The notes beneath the pieces were generated by a model that made no database searches, had not been told where the DNA came from, and saw only the letters and a program-made list of their open reading frames with translations. Below are positions 54,377-63,163 of a DNA stretch of 64,000 nucleotides, in pieces. Made by a program: the position numbers and the translations under genes. How positions within the stretch are numbered: the first letter of the stretch is position 1; every line of letters begins with the position of its first letter. This DNA is from Dehalococcoidia bacterium (lineage in GTDB: Bacteria > Chloroflexota > Dehalococcoidia > Lucifugimonadales > JAGWBF01), in NCBI GenBank assembly GCA_965220375.1, contig OZ244824.1, positions 98,311 through 162,310 on the forward strand, in the 5' to 3' direction.

Positions 54377-54597
54377 GCTCCTACGACCCCCCTGGGGATG
54401 GTTTCTCGGGAAAACCAGATAAAGTCCAGAGGAATAGTATCACAATCGTCAACCTTACCCATTGGCTCCGCCATCCAGGATCGAAAGCAGCTTGGTCCAA
54501 ACCTAAGTTTGACGCTCACACTAAACACCAAACCGTTTGGCGAGGTTGCGCGCTCTATTCATAGCTGACTCACCGCACGGACTCCCCAATGCTCCCC

Positions 54598-55390
54598 TCA
54601 ATAAACGCCGGGAAAGATCCGGTATTTCGCCTGCGCCTTGTATTCCGCCCGAGTATCGGCGCCGTATTTCTCGGCGCAGTGCCTGTCATCATCCCGTTGG
54701 CAGAAGGTGAATTGCGTCACGATGAAAAGAAAGTAAGTCCAAGCCCTGGGATTTGCGCAGTGACCGAACACCAGGGCGATGGATAAGGCAAGGAAGCCCT
54801 CGCCCAAGTAGTTGAAGTGGCGGGCGACTCCCCATAGGCCGCTGTACAGGATCTTTCGATCGCCTGCTTCGATGTACTTCGGCTCGATGATCCCAAGAAA
54901 CTTACGGTCTGGCCATCGCTTGAACGTGTATTTCTGGAGATTGGCGCCGCGGGAGATCGCCCATCCAAACTGGAAAAGAGCCGCCGTTCCGATGAGCCAG
55001 ACGTATATCCACGCAGTAGAGAATCCGGGGTCCAGATAAGCGGCCATGCCCCACAAAGAGAGAATGAACAGCCACACGTAAACCACAAGGCCACCTCAGA
55101 ACAACATGAAGCCGAGCCTGTCGTGGATCAGGTCGTAGGTATATAGCTGGACGCGTTCAATGATGAAGTAGTCCAGGACGTAGAATGTGAAGAAGGCCGC
55201 ATACAGATAAACGCCTGGATTGACGTCTTCGCCAAAACGTACATGGTGGTAAGCAGCGCCGGACAGGGCGTTGAGGGACAACATCGCCCCGCCGACGACG
55301 TAGAAGCACATCTTAATGTCGAACCGGTTCTTGAACAGGGACAGCTCCCTGGCCCGCCCGGTCCACAGCTCGGCGATAAGACTCTTTGTC
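54598..55390 (-). pseudogene. ERG4/ERG24-family (sterol-reductase-like) gene: C-terminal ~260 codons only, with in-frame TGA at 55096-55098
   Basis: ..ELWTGRARELS.FKNRFDIKMCF.., YVLDYFIIE....TYDLIHDRLGFMLF*GGLV.., LYSGLWGVARHFNYLGE.., ..RDDDRHCAEKYG......Y......RIFPGVY (family C-terminal signature). The 5' boundary is approximate. Confidence 0.7.
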
Positions 55391-56042
55391 CCGCCGCGCG
55401 GCTGGCTGAACACCGCGATCCTTGCAATCTTCCGGACCCTTCTGAAGCTGAAGTCGCTCTGGAGACGGGGCCCGTCAACCGAAATCCGCCCGATGCGTCC
55501 CACGCTGTCGTAGCCGTGAACGTAGCGCAGGTGGCCCAGATCCACTGAGTTCTCAGTCGTATCCTGGGGATGGCCGGCAAAGCGGATGGTCCTGATGCTG
55601 AGGCTGCTCCAACCAGCCTGCTCCAGGGTGTCGGCGGGCAGGGCCCACTGGGGAGGGCGTCCTCTTATGCCGCACCAGGCAAAGATAATACCGGCAATCT
55701 CCCGGGTCTCGAATACCCGCAGCCTGGCGGTCTTGGGCGGATCGGCAAATGGCGTGGCCACACACTGGCCGGCACCATCGTACTCGAAGCCATGGAATGG
55801 ACATACAAGCCATCCACCCTTTATGCAGCCCCTGAGTCGGGTCCCATGTAGGAGCCCAGGTAGGGACAATAAGCCTCAGCTACGCAGACAGCACCCTTCT
55901 CGTCGCTCCAGGCGACGACCTTCTCCCCCATCCAGGTCTTCTCGATGAGCCTCGCCTTTAGTATCTCCCAGCGACTTGCGACGAAGTGCCACCCCTCAGG
56001 AAACGGGGAGTTCCCAGGCTCCCAAGGCCGGGTTGACATCAA
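55390..56042 (-). pseudogene. Rieske [2Fe-2S] oxygenase remnant: frameshifted, first Cys-x-His ligand mutated, 3' end fused to the ERG4/24 remnant
   Basis: ..GW.FVASRWEI....EKTWMGEKVVAWSDEKGAVCVAEAYCPYLG (Tyr where His is expected). A frame change near 55821-55869 is followed by GGWLVCPFHGFEYDGAGQC and a partial catalytic domain (DLGHLRYVH). Confidence 0.65.
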
Positions 56043-56187
56043 TAGAGACTCCTCACCCGGATGCTCGACTGGGGAGCTTTGCTCCCTGTCCGGTCACCCG
56101 GTTAGAATACTAAAGTCTCTTGCCCATCCCTCCCAGGTATTTGCACTCCAGCACGTCCCGTTCCAGATAGGCAATGAAATCGCGGCC

Positions 56188-57651
56188 TCATTCGAACCCT
56201 TCTCCTTCTTCGGTATCTTCCACCCTCATGAGCAGCGCCGGCACGATGGCCAATAACGACAAGAACCCCGCGATCATGAACAGGTTTTGAAAAACGGTCA
56301 CCCCAGCTTCAATCAGGGGGGCCTGGGTCTCCTCGAATGTGGACCCGATGGTCACGTGGGCTGTCAAGCTGTAGAAGCGCTCTATACCCCACGCGGACAA
56401 AGCCGCCAATCCCAACGCCATACCCACCATGCGCGATGCCGTTACCAGTGAAGCCGCGGTGCCCCAATAATGACTGGGGGCAGCGCTCAGGGCACTGACG
56501 CTTATTGGGGGGATGACCAGCCCGAAGCCCAGCCCAGCGGCTATCAGGGGAACAGTCAGCCGGACCTCCTCCACATCCGTCTCCCAACCGCTCATAAACA
56601 ACAGACCTGTGCCCATAAACGCCAGGCCGGTTACGCATGCAGCCCTCACTCCCGTCCAGCGCAGGATGTAGCCTCCAATCACAGCCCCGATGGGAATGGC
56701 TGCCGTAAGGCGGACCAGGTGTAGCGCGCTCTCCAGGGCGCTCTTCTCCATGACGGTAGCTGCCATGACGGGCACGGCTACCAGGGCAATGATCAAGCCG
56801 ACCCCCACCAGGAACTGGGCGATGTTGGAGGAGACAAAGGCCCTGGAACTGTACAGGAATGCCGCCAACAGGGGGTGCGACGACCGGCTTTCCACCACGA
56901 TCAGCACCAGGACCAGGAAACCTCCCAGGGCAGCCATAAGGTACGGAATTATGGCCTCCCCCGAGAAGATGCTCCTCTGGGACAGAGCGATGGTCAGAAC
57001 GGTGAGAGCCCCCGCCAGCGCCAACGCCCCGAGATAGTCCATTTTGACCGCAGGGTTGGGCCGGTTCGGCAGAATAGCCAGAAGCGCAATCAGGAAAAAG
57101 CTCTGGGGGATATCCAGCCAGAATATCCACCGCCAGCCGATCCACTCGATTATGCCCCCTCCGTAGAGGGGACCCAGGACGGACCCTGCCTCGGCCGAGG
57201 CGGCCACAAGGCCCAGCGCAATGCCCCTTCTTTGTGGGGCTACCGCAGCCACCGCCAAAGCCAGGGCTATGGGAACTGTGGCCCCACCGCCGGCGGCTTG
57301 GATCACCCTGGCAGACACTATCCAGGAGAAGTCCGGCGCGAGCGCCACCAGCCCCGAACCGATGGCGAAGAGTAACAGGGCCGCCTGGAACATCCTGACC
57401 CGGCCATAGACGTCGGAAAGGCGTCCAGCCAAGGGCATGGCCACAGTGTAGCTGACCAGATACCCCACTACGATCCATGATGCCTTGTCCAGGTCCGTCA
57501 GGGGTATCTCCAGGTCCACCATTACGCTGGGCAGCGCGGCGACCACCACAGTCTGGTCTAGGGCAGTCGAAAATACTCCCAGGCAGAGGATAGCCAGGAC
57601 GGCCGTCTCCGAGGAACCCAGGGAAGCTAAGGCAGACCTGGCTGTGTTCAC
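56188..57651 (-). CDS. MFS transporter, 14-TM DHA2 (EmrB/QacA-like) type
   Basis: LDQTVV..ALP.....L, GRLSDVYGR, 14 hydrophobic segments. Confidence 0.85.
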   Translation of the reverse strand: MNTARSALASLGSSETAVLAILCLGVFSTALDQTVVVAALPSVMVDLEIPLTDLDKASWIVVGYLVSYTVAMPLAGRLSDVYGRVRMFQAALLLFAIGSGLVALAPDFSWIVSARVIQAAGGGATVPIALALAVAAVAPQRRGIALGLVAASAEAGSVLGPLYGGGIIEWIGWRWIFWLDIPQSFFLIALLAILPNRPNPAVKMDYLGALALAGALTVLTIALSQRSIFSGEAIIPYLMAALGGFLVLVLIVVESRSSHPLLAAFLYSSRAFVSSNIAQFLVGVGLIIALVAVPVMAATVMEKSALESALHLVRLTAAIPIGAVIGGYILRWTGVRAACVTGLAFMGTGLLFMSGWETDVEEVRLTVPLIAAGLGFGLVIPPISVSALSAAPSHYWGTAASLVTASRMVGMALGLAALSAWGIERFYSLTAHVTIGSTFEETQAPLIEAGVTVFQNLFMIAGFLSLLAIVPALLMRVEDTEEGEGFE

Positions 57652-57689
57652 GGTGGCAGGTTATGGGTAGAGAGCAGCCCCTGCATCAC

Positions 57690-58436
57690 TCACGGCTGCG
57701 AGGCTGATTCTGGAAGCTGAATTTCGATGGGGACGTTGAATTCCGTGATGACTATCAGACGCATGGTTTCCGGTCCATCATCGTCGAAGACCTTCCCGGT
57801 CAATCTCAGCTGCTGCAGGGTGTGCTCGTCCTCGTCAATCCACAGGGTCAGCATGACCGCGTGCCCGGAATCGGCCGAGGTGATGAGATCGGAAAGGTCC
57901 TCGGACGCTACGAACCCCTCAACCCGAATAGCCTGGGCACCTCCTACCGACTCCCGGCCCGCAATTGTTGCGTCCTCGAGGAGAGGCACCAGTTCGCTCA
58001 AGGTAACACCCATCCCCGTAAAGTTGAAGGGCACCTGCGCAAGGTCCAGGGGCGCCCATGGAGCATCCTTGGAGAACTTCATGTACGCCTGCTCTCCGGC
58101 AGCGACTATTTCGATCTCCACAAATCCAAAGGCCGCAGACTCCACATCCACCAGTATCCTCATGCTGTCGGATGCGCTAACTTCCCCTTCCACACCCTTT
58201 AGGGTCTGTCCAAAGAATTCGGCCCCCGTTTGCATCTCATCGGTCATTCGGAACCTGACCGAGGACAAGGCGGCCAGACTTTCTCCCACCCTGGAAAGAA
58301 GTTCATCCACCGACAACTCGGGTCTCTCGGTGGGAGTAGGCGTAGCTCCACCCTGACATGCGACCGCCAGCGAAAGCAGACCAATCGCCATAACCACGTA
58401 CAAGAGCTTCCGACGTACTGCTTTTAACAATTCCAT
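57690..58436 (-). CDS. LppX/LprAFG-family lipoprotein (LprG-like)
   Basis: Signal AIGLLSLAVACQGG. About 250 aa. The pattern ..SVRF.M........G......EG.V.......I.V......G.VEIEIV..G...Y.K resembles LprG/LppX. It lies immediately upstream of the DHA2 MFS gene on the same strand. Confidence 0.65.
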   Translation of the reverse strand: MELLKAVRRKLLYVVMAIGLLSLAVACQGGATPTPTERPELSVDELLSRVGESLAALSSVRFRMTDEMQTGAEFFGQTLKGVEGEVSASDSMRILVDVESAAFGFVEIEIVAAGEQAYMKFSKDAPWAPLDLAQVPFNFTGMGVTLSELVPLLEDATIAGRESVGGAQAIRVEGFVASEDLSDLITSADSGHAVMLTLWIDEDEHTLQQLRLTGKVFDDDGPETMRLIVITEFNVPIEIQLPESASQP

Positions 58437-58932
58437 CTGCTTCTCTCCATGCCTCTTTGTTCGCGAGAGTCGAAAATGCCACAGGATATTATACTACCCA
58501 CGAACACCTAAGAAGTTGCCTGCGAAAGCGCCTTTTTCTCCATGAAAGGCATCCTCCAAAAGCTGCTCCTTACCCCCAACATCGCCCGGCGTTTCCCACA
58601 TGCACCGGTAACGGCGTCCGACGCCGTCCGCCTATCCCCAAGTCGTCCACGCCCCCCATCTGCTCTTGGCGGGCGTTGCCAGGGGCAGGTCTGCTGACAA
58701 TGAAAGAAGTCTTCTTCTCGTTGCCTTCTTTGTGAGAGAACACGCGCCGGTTGACGGAATGCGGCCCTTTTCTCATAATGGCCCATACTTTGCAATGCTA
58801 CCCTCTTTGCTTTCCAACATGTACCATTCTCATCCATGAGAAAACATTCAAGACCGGAAAACACTGCCTGTTCACCTGCCTTCCGGTAACCGCCGCCCAA
58901 AGGTAGATTCTGCTTAGGGGGTACACCGCAGA

Positions 58933-60579
58933 TTGGAACTTCATGAGACCCTGTTTTCCATTGGCCTCTTGATCGTCGTAGCCAAGCTGCTGGAAGGCGT
59001 TTTCAAACGCTTCGGCCTGAATTCGATCATCGCTTACGCAACCGCCGGGGTCATTCTCGGCCCCGTTACCGGGCTGGTCGGCCCCGGCTCTGAGGCCGAC
59101 GTCATCCTCAGCATTGGCATCTTCATTTTCTTTTTCCTCATCGGCTTGGAAGAGCTCGACATCAGGGGTTTCCTTGCGGCCATACGAGGACGCCTCTTTC
59201 TCGCCTCGGTGCTGTCCGTGACCATTTCCCTGTTGGTGTCGTTGGCCGTTACCACCGACATCTTCTTCGACCTGGGACTGGGCCTCGACTTTACTCAAGC
59301 CATGGGACTGGCCGGAGTGCTGTCCCTCTCCAGTCTGGGCATCGTCGCCAAAGTGCTCATCGACGAAGGGCGTCTCAAGGAGCCTGTGGGCGTTCAGATC
59401 TTTACCACAGTGGTTATCGCCGAGCTGATAGCTCTGTTCGTGGTGGGATTCGCTATAAGCGAGCACTTTTACTCAGAGGGACACGGCCCCACCTCAAATG
59501 CGCTCAGCGTGGCAACCATCCTGGGCCAGATTATAGGATTTGCGATAGCCACATGGTTCTTTTCCACCAAGGTACTCCCCAAGATGATCTTCGCTCTGCA
59601 CCACTTTCTGCAGGTGCCTCAACTCTCCTTCGGGCTGCTGCTGGGAGGGCTCTTCCTGGTCGTCGTAGGAGCGGAATATGTGGGTCTCCACGGTTCCTTG
59701 GGGGCGCTGCTCTTCGGCGCGGCCCTCTCCATGCTGCCATACCAGGTGCGGCGCGACATCATGCCGGGATTGAAGGGCACGGCCGAAGGCTTCTTCGTTC
59801 CCATCTTCTTCGCCTCGGCAGGGCTTCATTTGAGCCTGGATTTCCTGAAATTGCCCCCGGAGACTATAGCTGCCCTCGTCCTCGTGCCCCTGACGGGCAA
59901 GTTCGCCGGATCGATTGTCGGCGCTTATGCCACGAGACTGGATTCTCCCTTGGCCGTTGCCGCAGGTCTGATGGCAAAGGGAGTGGCGGAAATCGCCCTT
60001 CTACTCCTGCTGCTTCACACAGGCGCCATAGACAAGGGCATCTTCTCCTTGTTGATGCTGGTCATGTTCGGCTACATGCTCGTCACTCCCATGGGCATCA
60101 GTTTCGCCCTCAAGCGGCTGAAGCGGTCCGAGGCTGTTAGTCAGCCGGAGCAGATCCCGCCCTCACTTACGCGATTTGCCTTGGAGAATATCAGGGTTCA
60201 GGATATCTTGGACCGCTCCAGAACATTTCCTGAACAGTCTCTGACAGTTAAGGCCTTTACGGAAACCTGGCTGCTGCCCGAGCAGCACGACTATGTGGTG
60301 GTGGACAAGGGCAAGCTGGCTGGGATTGTGTCTCTTAGCATGCTGCGTTACCTCCCACGGAACGAGTGGGAGGGGACCCCTCTCAGCAGGGTGTTGCGCC
60401 GGAATACTCCTAATGCCTTTGCCGACGAGCTGGTGGAGGATGCGCTCCAACGCATGATCGAAAACTCCCTCAGCGTGCTCCCGGTGGTAGACAGGGAAAC
60501 GGGAACACTGATTGGCTCCTTCTCCAGTTTCGAAGCGCTGGAGATGCTCACCCTGTCCACCCAGGGTCACGAAATCTAG
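58933..60579 (+). CDS. Cation:proton antiporter (CPA2-like) with C-terminal CBS pair
   Basis: N-terminal LLIVVAKLLEGVFKRFGLNSIIAYATAGVILGP is typical of Kef/NapA-type exchangers, with about 12 TM segments. C-terminal ..HDYVVVDKGKLAGIVS.. and ..LSVLPVVDRETGTLIGS.. are CBS motifs. TTG start. Confidence 0.8.
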   Translation: MELHETLFSIGLLIVVAKLLEGVFKRFGLNSIIAYATAGVILGPVTGLVGPGSEADVILSIGIFIFFFLIGLEELDIRGFLAAIRGRLFLASVLSVTISLLVSLAVTTDIFFDLGLGLDFTQAMGLAGVLSLSSLGIVAKVLIDEGRLKEPVGVQIFTTVVIAELIALFVVGFAISEHFYSEGHGPTSNALSVATILGQIIGFAIATWFFSTKVLPKMIFALHHFLQVPQLSFGLLLGGLFLVVVGAEYVGLHGSLGALLFGAALSMLPYQVRRDIMPGLKGTAEGFFVPIFFASAGLHLSLDFLKLPPETIAALVLVPLTGKFAGSIVGAYATRLDSPLAVAAGLMAKGVAEIALLLLLLHTGAIDKGIFSLLMLVMFGYMLVTPMGISFALKRLKRSEAVSQPEQIPPSLTRFALENIRVQDILDRSRTFPEQSLTVKAFTETWLLPEQHDYVVVDKGKLAGIVSLSMLRYLPRNEWEGTPLSRVLRRNTPNAFADELVEDALQRMIENSLSVLPVVDRETGTLIGSFSSFEALEMLTLSTQGHEI

Positions 60580-61140
60580 GGTGCTTTACCTCCGGACCTC
60601 CCTCCCCAGCCCCACGGCAATCTTCCATCTTGCCGGCGGCTGTCAGGTGCGAGCGTAACAGGTATCGGTCTTCACCGGCGGGGAGGGTCTCGTCGCAGGG
60701 CCGCCACTGCATTGAGGCAATGAGAGGTTGCTCAAGGCTTGCTGAGTATGGGGGTTCCGAGTCCCTAGGGCATCAGAAAAAGGTGGTGGGCTGGGCGACT
60801 GAGCGTCGTGTTTCGAGCCTCCGAAAGGGGCCCGACCCCAGCCTAGCCTCAGCTAATTCCGCGCCTTGGCGGATGAAGTGCTCACCGGTGTAGCAAGACA
60901 GGGGGCACAGCTATCGGGGCAGGTCATTGCACTAAGTGTTCTCGTTTCGGCATTTCCGAAGGCCAATCTGTAGCCTCGTGTAATACCACTTTTCCTTCAG
61001 GTGTCTCAAAGTATGCAGATGTTCGTCTCGGGGTTTCACCAGCTCTCAGGATTCTGCGTATGGCGGCTAGGGCATTGTATGTACCGTCCGTTTGGAACTT
61101 GCGCAAGATTGTCTGTTGGCCTTCACGTTGTGCGAAATTC

Positions 61141-61154
61141 CGGGTCCACCTCAA
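61141..61154 (-). repeat. Solo copy of the IS-B terminal inverted repeat (CCGGGTCCACCTCA, plus 2 further matching nt)
   Basis: 16-nt identity to the IS-B left end (TGAGGTGGACCCGGAA on the minus strand), with no IS-B body adjacent. It overlaps the TTG start of the unassigned 76-aa ORF 60924-61154. Confidence 0.6.
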
Positions 61155-61297
61155 CCATCGGTGATTTTTTCGATTGGGGAAACGGTCTAAGAAGGCGAGT
61201 ATCTGATCAAAAGTGGTACCACGTGCTGTCTCCGTAGCCCCAAATCAGGAGGGTCTCAAGGTCTCCGGACCCTGATTCCGGGGATCACAAGTACCCT

Positions 61298-61333
61298 AGC
61301 CAAAGCTAGAAAATGGTTCTGTTCATCGTCAGG
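61298..61333 (-). repeat. R1/C tail fragment directly abutting the 3' end of tRNA-Glu
   Basis: AGCCAAAGCTAGAAAATGGTTCTGTTCATCGTCAGG aligns with AGCCACATCTCGAAGATAGTTCTGTTTATCGTCAAA (3768-3803). Confidence 0.55.
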
Positions 61334-61335
61334 TT

Positions 61336-61412
61336 TGGTGGCGCATGCGGGGTTCGAACCCGCGATCTCCGCCTTGAGAGGGCGGCGTCCTAGTCCACTA
61401 GACGAATGCGCC
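61336..61412 (-). tRNA. tRNA-Glu (anticodon CUC), CCA encoded
   Basis: Hand-folded cloverleaf: acceptor GGCGCAT/ATGCGCC, anticodon stem CCGCC/GGCGG with loop CTCTCAA, T arm GCGGG-TTCGAAC-CCCGC, discriminator A, CCA. Confidence 0.9.
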
Positions 61413-61466
61413 CCATTTGAGGATTTGGCGCCGGGATGCCGGGCCTGCCGAAATCCCAGGTTGCCT

Positions 61467-61540
61467 TGGCTGGGGATCGTGGATTCGAACCACGGCTTGC
61501 AGATCCAGAGTCTGCCGTCCTACCACTAGACGAATCCCCA
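61467..61540 (-). tRNA. tRNA-Gln (anticodon CUG), CCA encoded
   Basis: Hand-folded cloverleaf: acceptor TGGGGAT/ATCCCCA, anticodon stem GCAGA/TCTGC with loop CTCTGGA, T arm CGTGG-TTCGAAT-CCACG, discriminator G, CCA. Confidence 0.9.
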
Positions 61541-61551
61541 TCCCTCCGAAA

Positions 61552-63063
61552 TTATAGCATCCTCTCCGTACCACCCTCAAGGATGGAGGGAAGGGCGGGC
61601 GCCCCGTGCCTCCGTGCCGCCGACGGCGATGTGATCAGATGATTAAGGTGGAGCAGCCCCTGCTGCTCCCGGGCGCGCCCGACTAAAGAGGGGGACTTAA
61701 CCCGCGGCGTCCCCGCTCCAGCATCAGCATCCCCATTGACCAGGTGCCTGCCCAGCTGCTCCTCCATCTCAGTGGTAATCTCATTGGGTTGCAGCCTTGG
61801 AAAGGCCCGGTACAAAGTGGCGCACCTGGCCGCCAAGCCCTCCCAACCCCGGCGGTCGGCCAGGGCCCGGTAGAAGGGCAGCGCCACGTTTATGCAAATG
61901 TCTGCCGCCCTGCCCTTGCCGATGGTGCCGAGGCCATGCGCCGGGGCAACCATCAGCCCACCCAACAGGTCCCGGCATCCCCGGGCCGCATCATCATCGG
62001 GACCAGCTTCCAGGACATCCATCAGCCCCTTCAGAAGGCCCTTACCTTTAGGTGTGCCTGGGACGCCCCCACAGGTAGGTGGGTCCGGGGCCGATCCCCC
62101 AGCACCTGCTACCAAGTACCGCTCCAGCAGCTGGGCAGCCCCCAGTATTCGGTTCTTGGGGTGGTTGGAAGGCCTCACCCGGAAGGTGTTCCACTTGAGC
62201 TGGTTCCCCCAGCGCCTGAGCAGGCCACCTTCCCCACCTTCCGGAGTTACATCCTCCAAGCCGGCCGCCCTAAGCAGCAATCCCGCAATCGGGGAGGAGC
62301 CCTCCTGCCGCGACTCCTTCAGCGCGGTCGTCTTCAAGCGCCTGTATGGGACCATCCGGGCCAGGTCCAAGAACCCCTGCCTGTTCTGGCTGTACCCCAA
62401 GGCTTCCATGATCCCCGCGTACAGGGTCTGCTCCGGCTCTTCCCCGGCATCCAGCAGGATGCGGAAACCCTCTACGGCATTATGGAACCAGGCATCCCCG
62501 GCCCTGCCCAGGCTTCTCGCCAGTTCCCCAGGGCTATCGGGGCAGTCATATCCGTGGGCAGAAAGCAGCTCCCACAAAGGGGAGCGGGTGCTTTCTCCCC
62601 CGGTTCCATTGAGCATGGCCGCCAGGGATATTACGGGGACTTGATTGCCATTCTGCAGGGTTGTGGCCCCGCCTTCGCCCGATACGACAGCATGCAGGAC
62701 CACGCCGTTGTACCGGGGGTCCGTGCTGTGTCCATGGGCGCGCCAGTCTCTCTCGTCCAGGTGGAGCTCGACATCCCCGCTGACCAAGCCCACTCCCTCT
62801 TCTTCCAGGACCGCCCCCCGGAAGTCCGGGCCGGCCCCGGAGCTGCTCCGGCCAGGGTATATCACCCGGTATCTTCGGCCATTCTTGGCCCGGAACACCC
62901 CCTGCCGTGCCGCTCTCTCCTTCCAGAGCTGCCCCAGCAAGCGTTCAGGGATCTGTCCCAATCTCGGCGCCACCCAAACCTCCCGACGATGAGGGAAGAT
63001 GCTCCATCGGGAATTTCCGGGCACCCTTACCCATGCCTCCGGCGTCCCTCGCGATTGTTGCAT
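61552..63063 (-). CDS. DUF2851-family protein
   Basis: ..RYRVIYPGRSSSGAGPDFRGAVLEEEG....SGDVELHLDERDWRAHGHSTDPRYNGVVLHAVV matches the DUF2851 signature. The start is taken at ATG 63063 (the ORF is open to 63243). Confidence 0.75.
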   Translation of the reverse strand: MQQSRGTPEAWVRVPGNSRWSIFPHRREVWVAPRLGQIPERLLGQLWKERAARQGVFRAKNGRRYRVIYPGRSSSGAGPDFRGAVLEEEGVGLVSGDVELHLDERDWRAHGHSTDPRYNGVVLHAVVSGEGGATTLQNGNQVPVISLAAMLNGTGGESTRSPLWELLSAHGYDCPDSPGELARSLGRAGDAWFHNAVEGFRILLDAGEEPEQTLYAGIMEALGYSQNRQGFLDLARMVPYRRLKTTALKESRQEGSSPIAGLLLRAAGLEDVTPEGGEGGLLRRWGNQLKWNTFRVRPSNHPKNRILGAAQLLERYLVAGAGGSAPDPPTCGGVPGTPKGKGLLKGLMDVLEAGPDDDAARGCRDLLGGLMVAPAHGLGTIGKGRAADICINVALPFYRALADRRGWEGLAARCATLYRAFPRLQPNEITTEMEEQLGRHLVNGDADAGAGTPRVKSPSLVGRAREQQGLLHLNHLITSPSAARRHGAPALPSILEGGTERML

Positions 63064-63163
63064 TTCCCGCCCTTTACAGTACAGTATCTTAGCATATGCT
63101 ATCGCGGAGCTCGGCTGGATTATGGCATCCTCCCGAGACAATCCCACCGTTAAAGGAGAAGCT

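Noticed and set aside
55096-55098. In-frame TGA/TAG codons as evidence for an alternative genetic code or selenocysteine.
   Set aside because: TGA and TAG clearly terminate many well-delimited genes here, for example the paralogous LRR genes ending ..GLPFC-TGA and IS-A orfA. The affected genes carry additional lesions (deletions, frameshifts, insertions). No SECIS-like context was evident.
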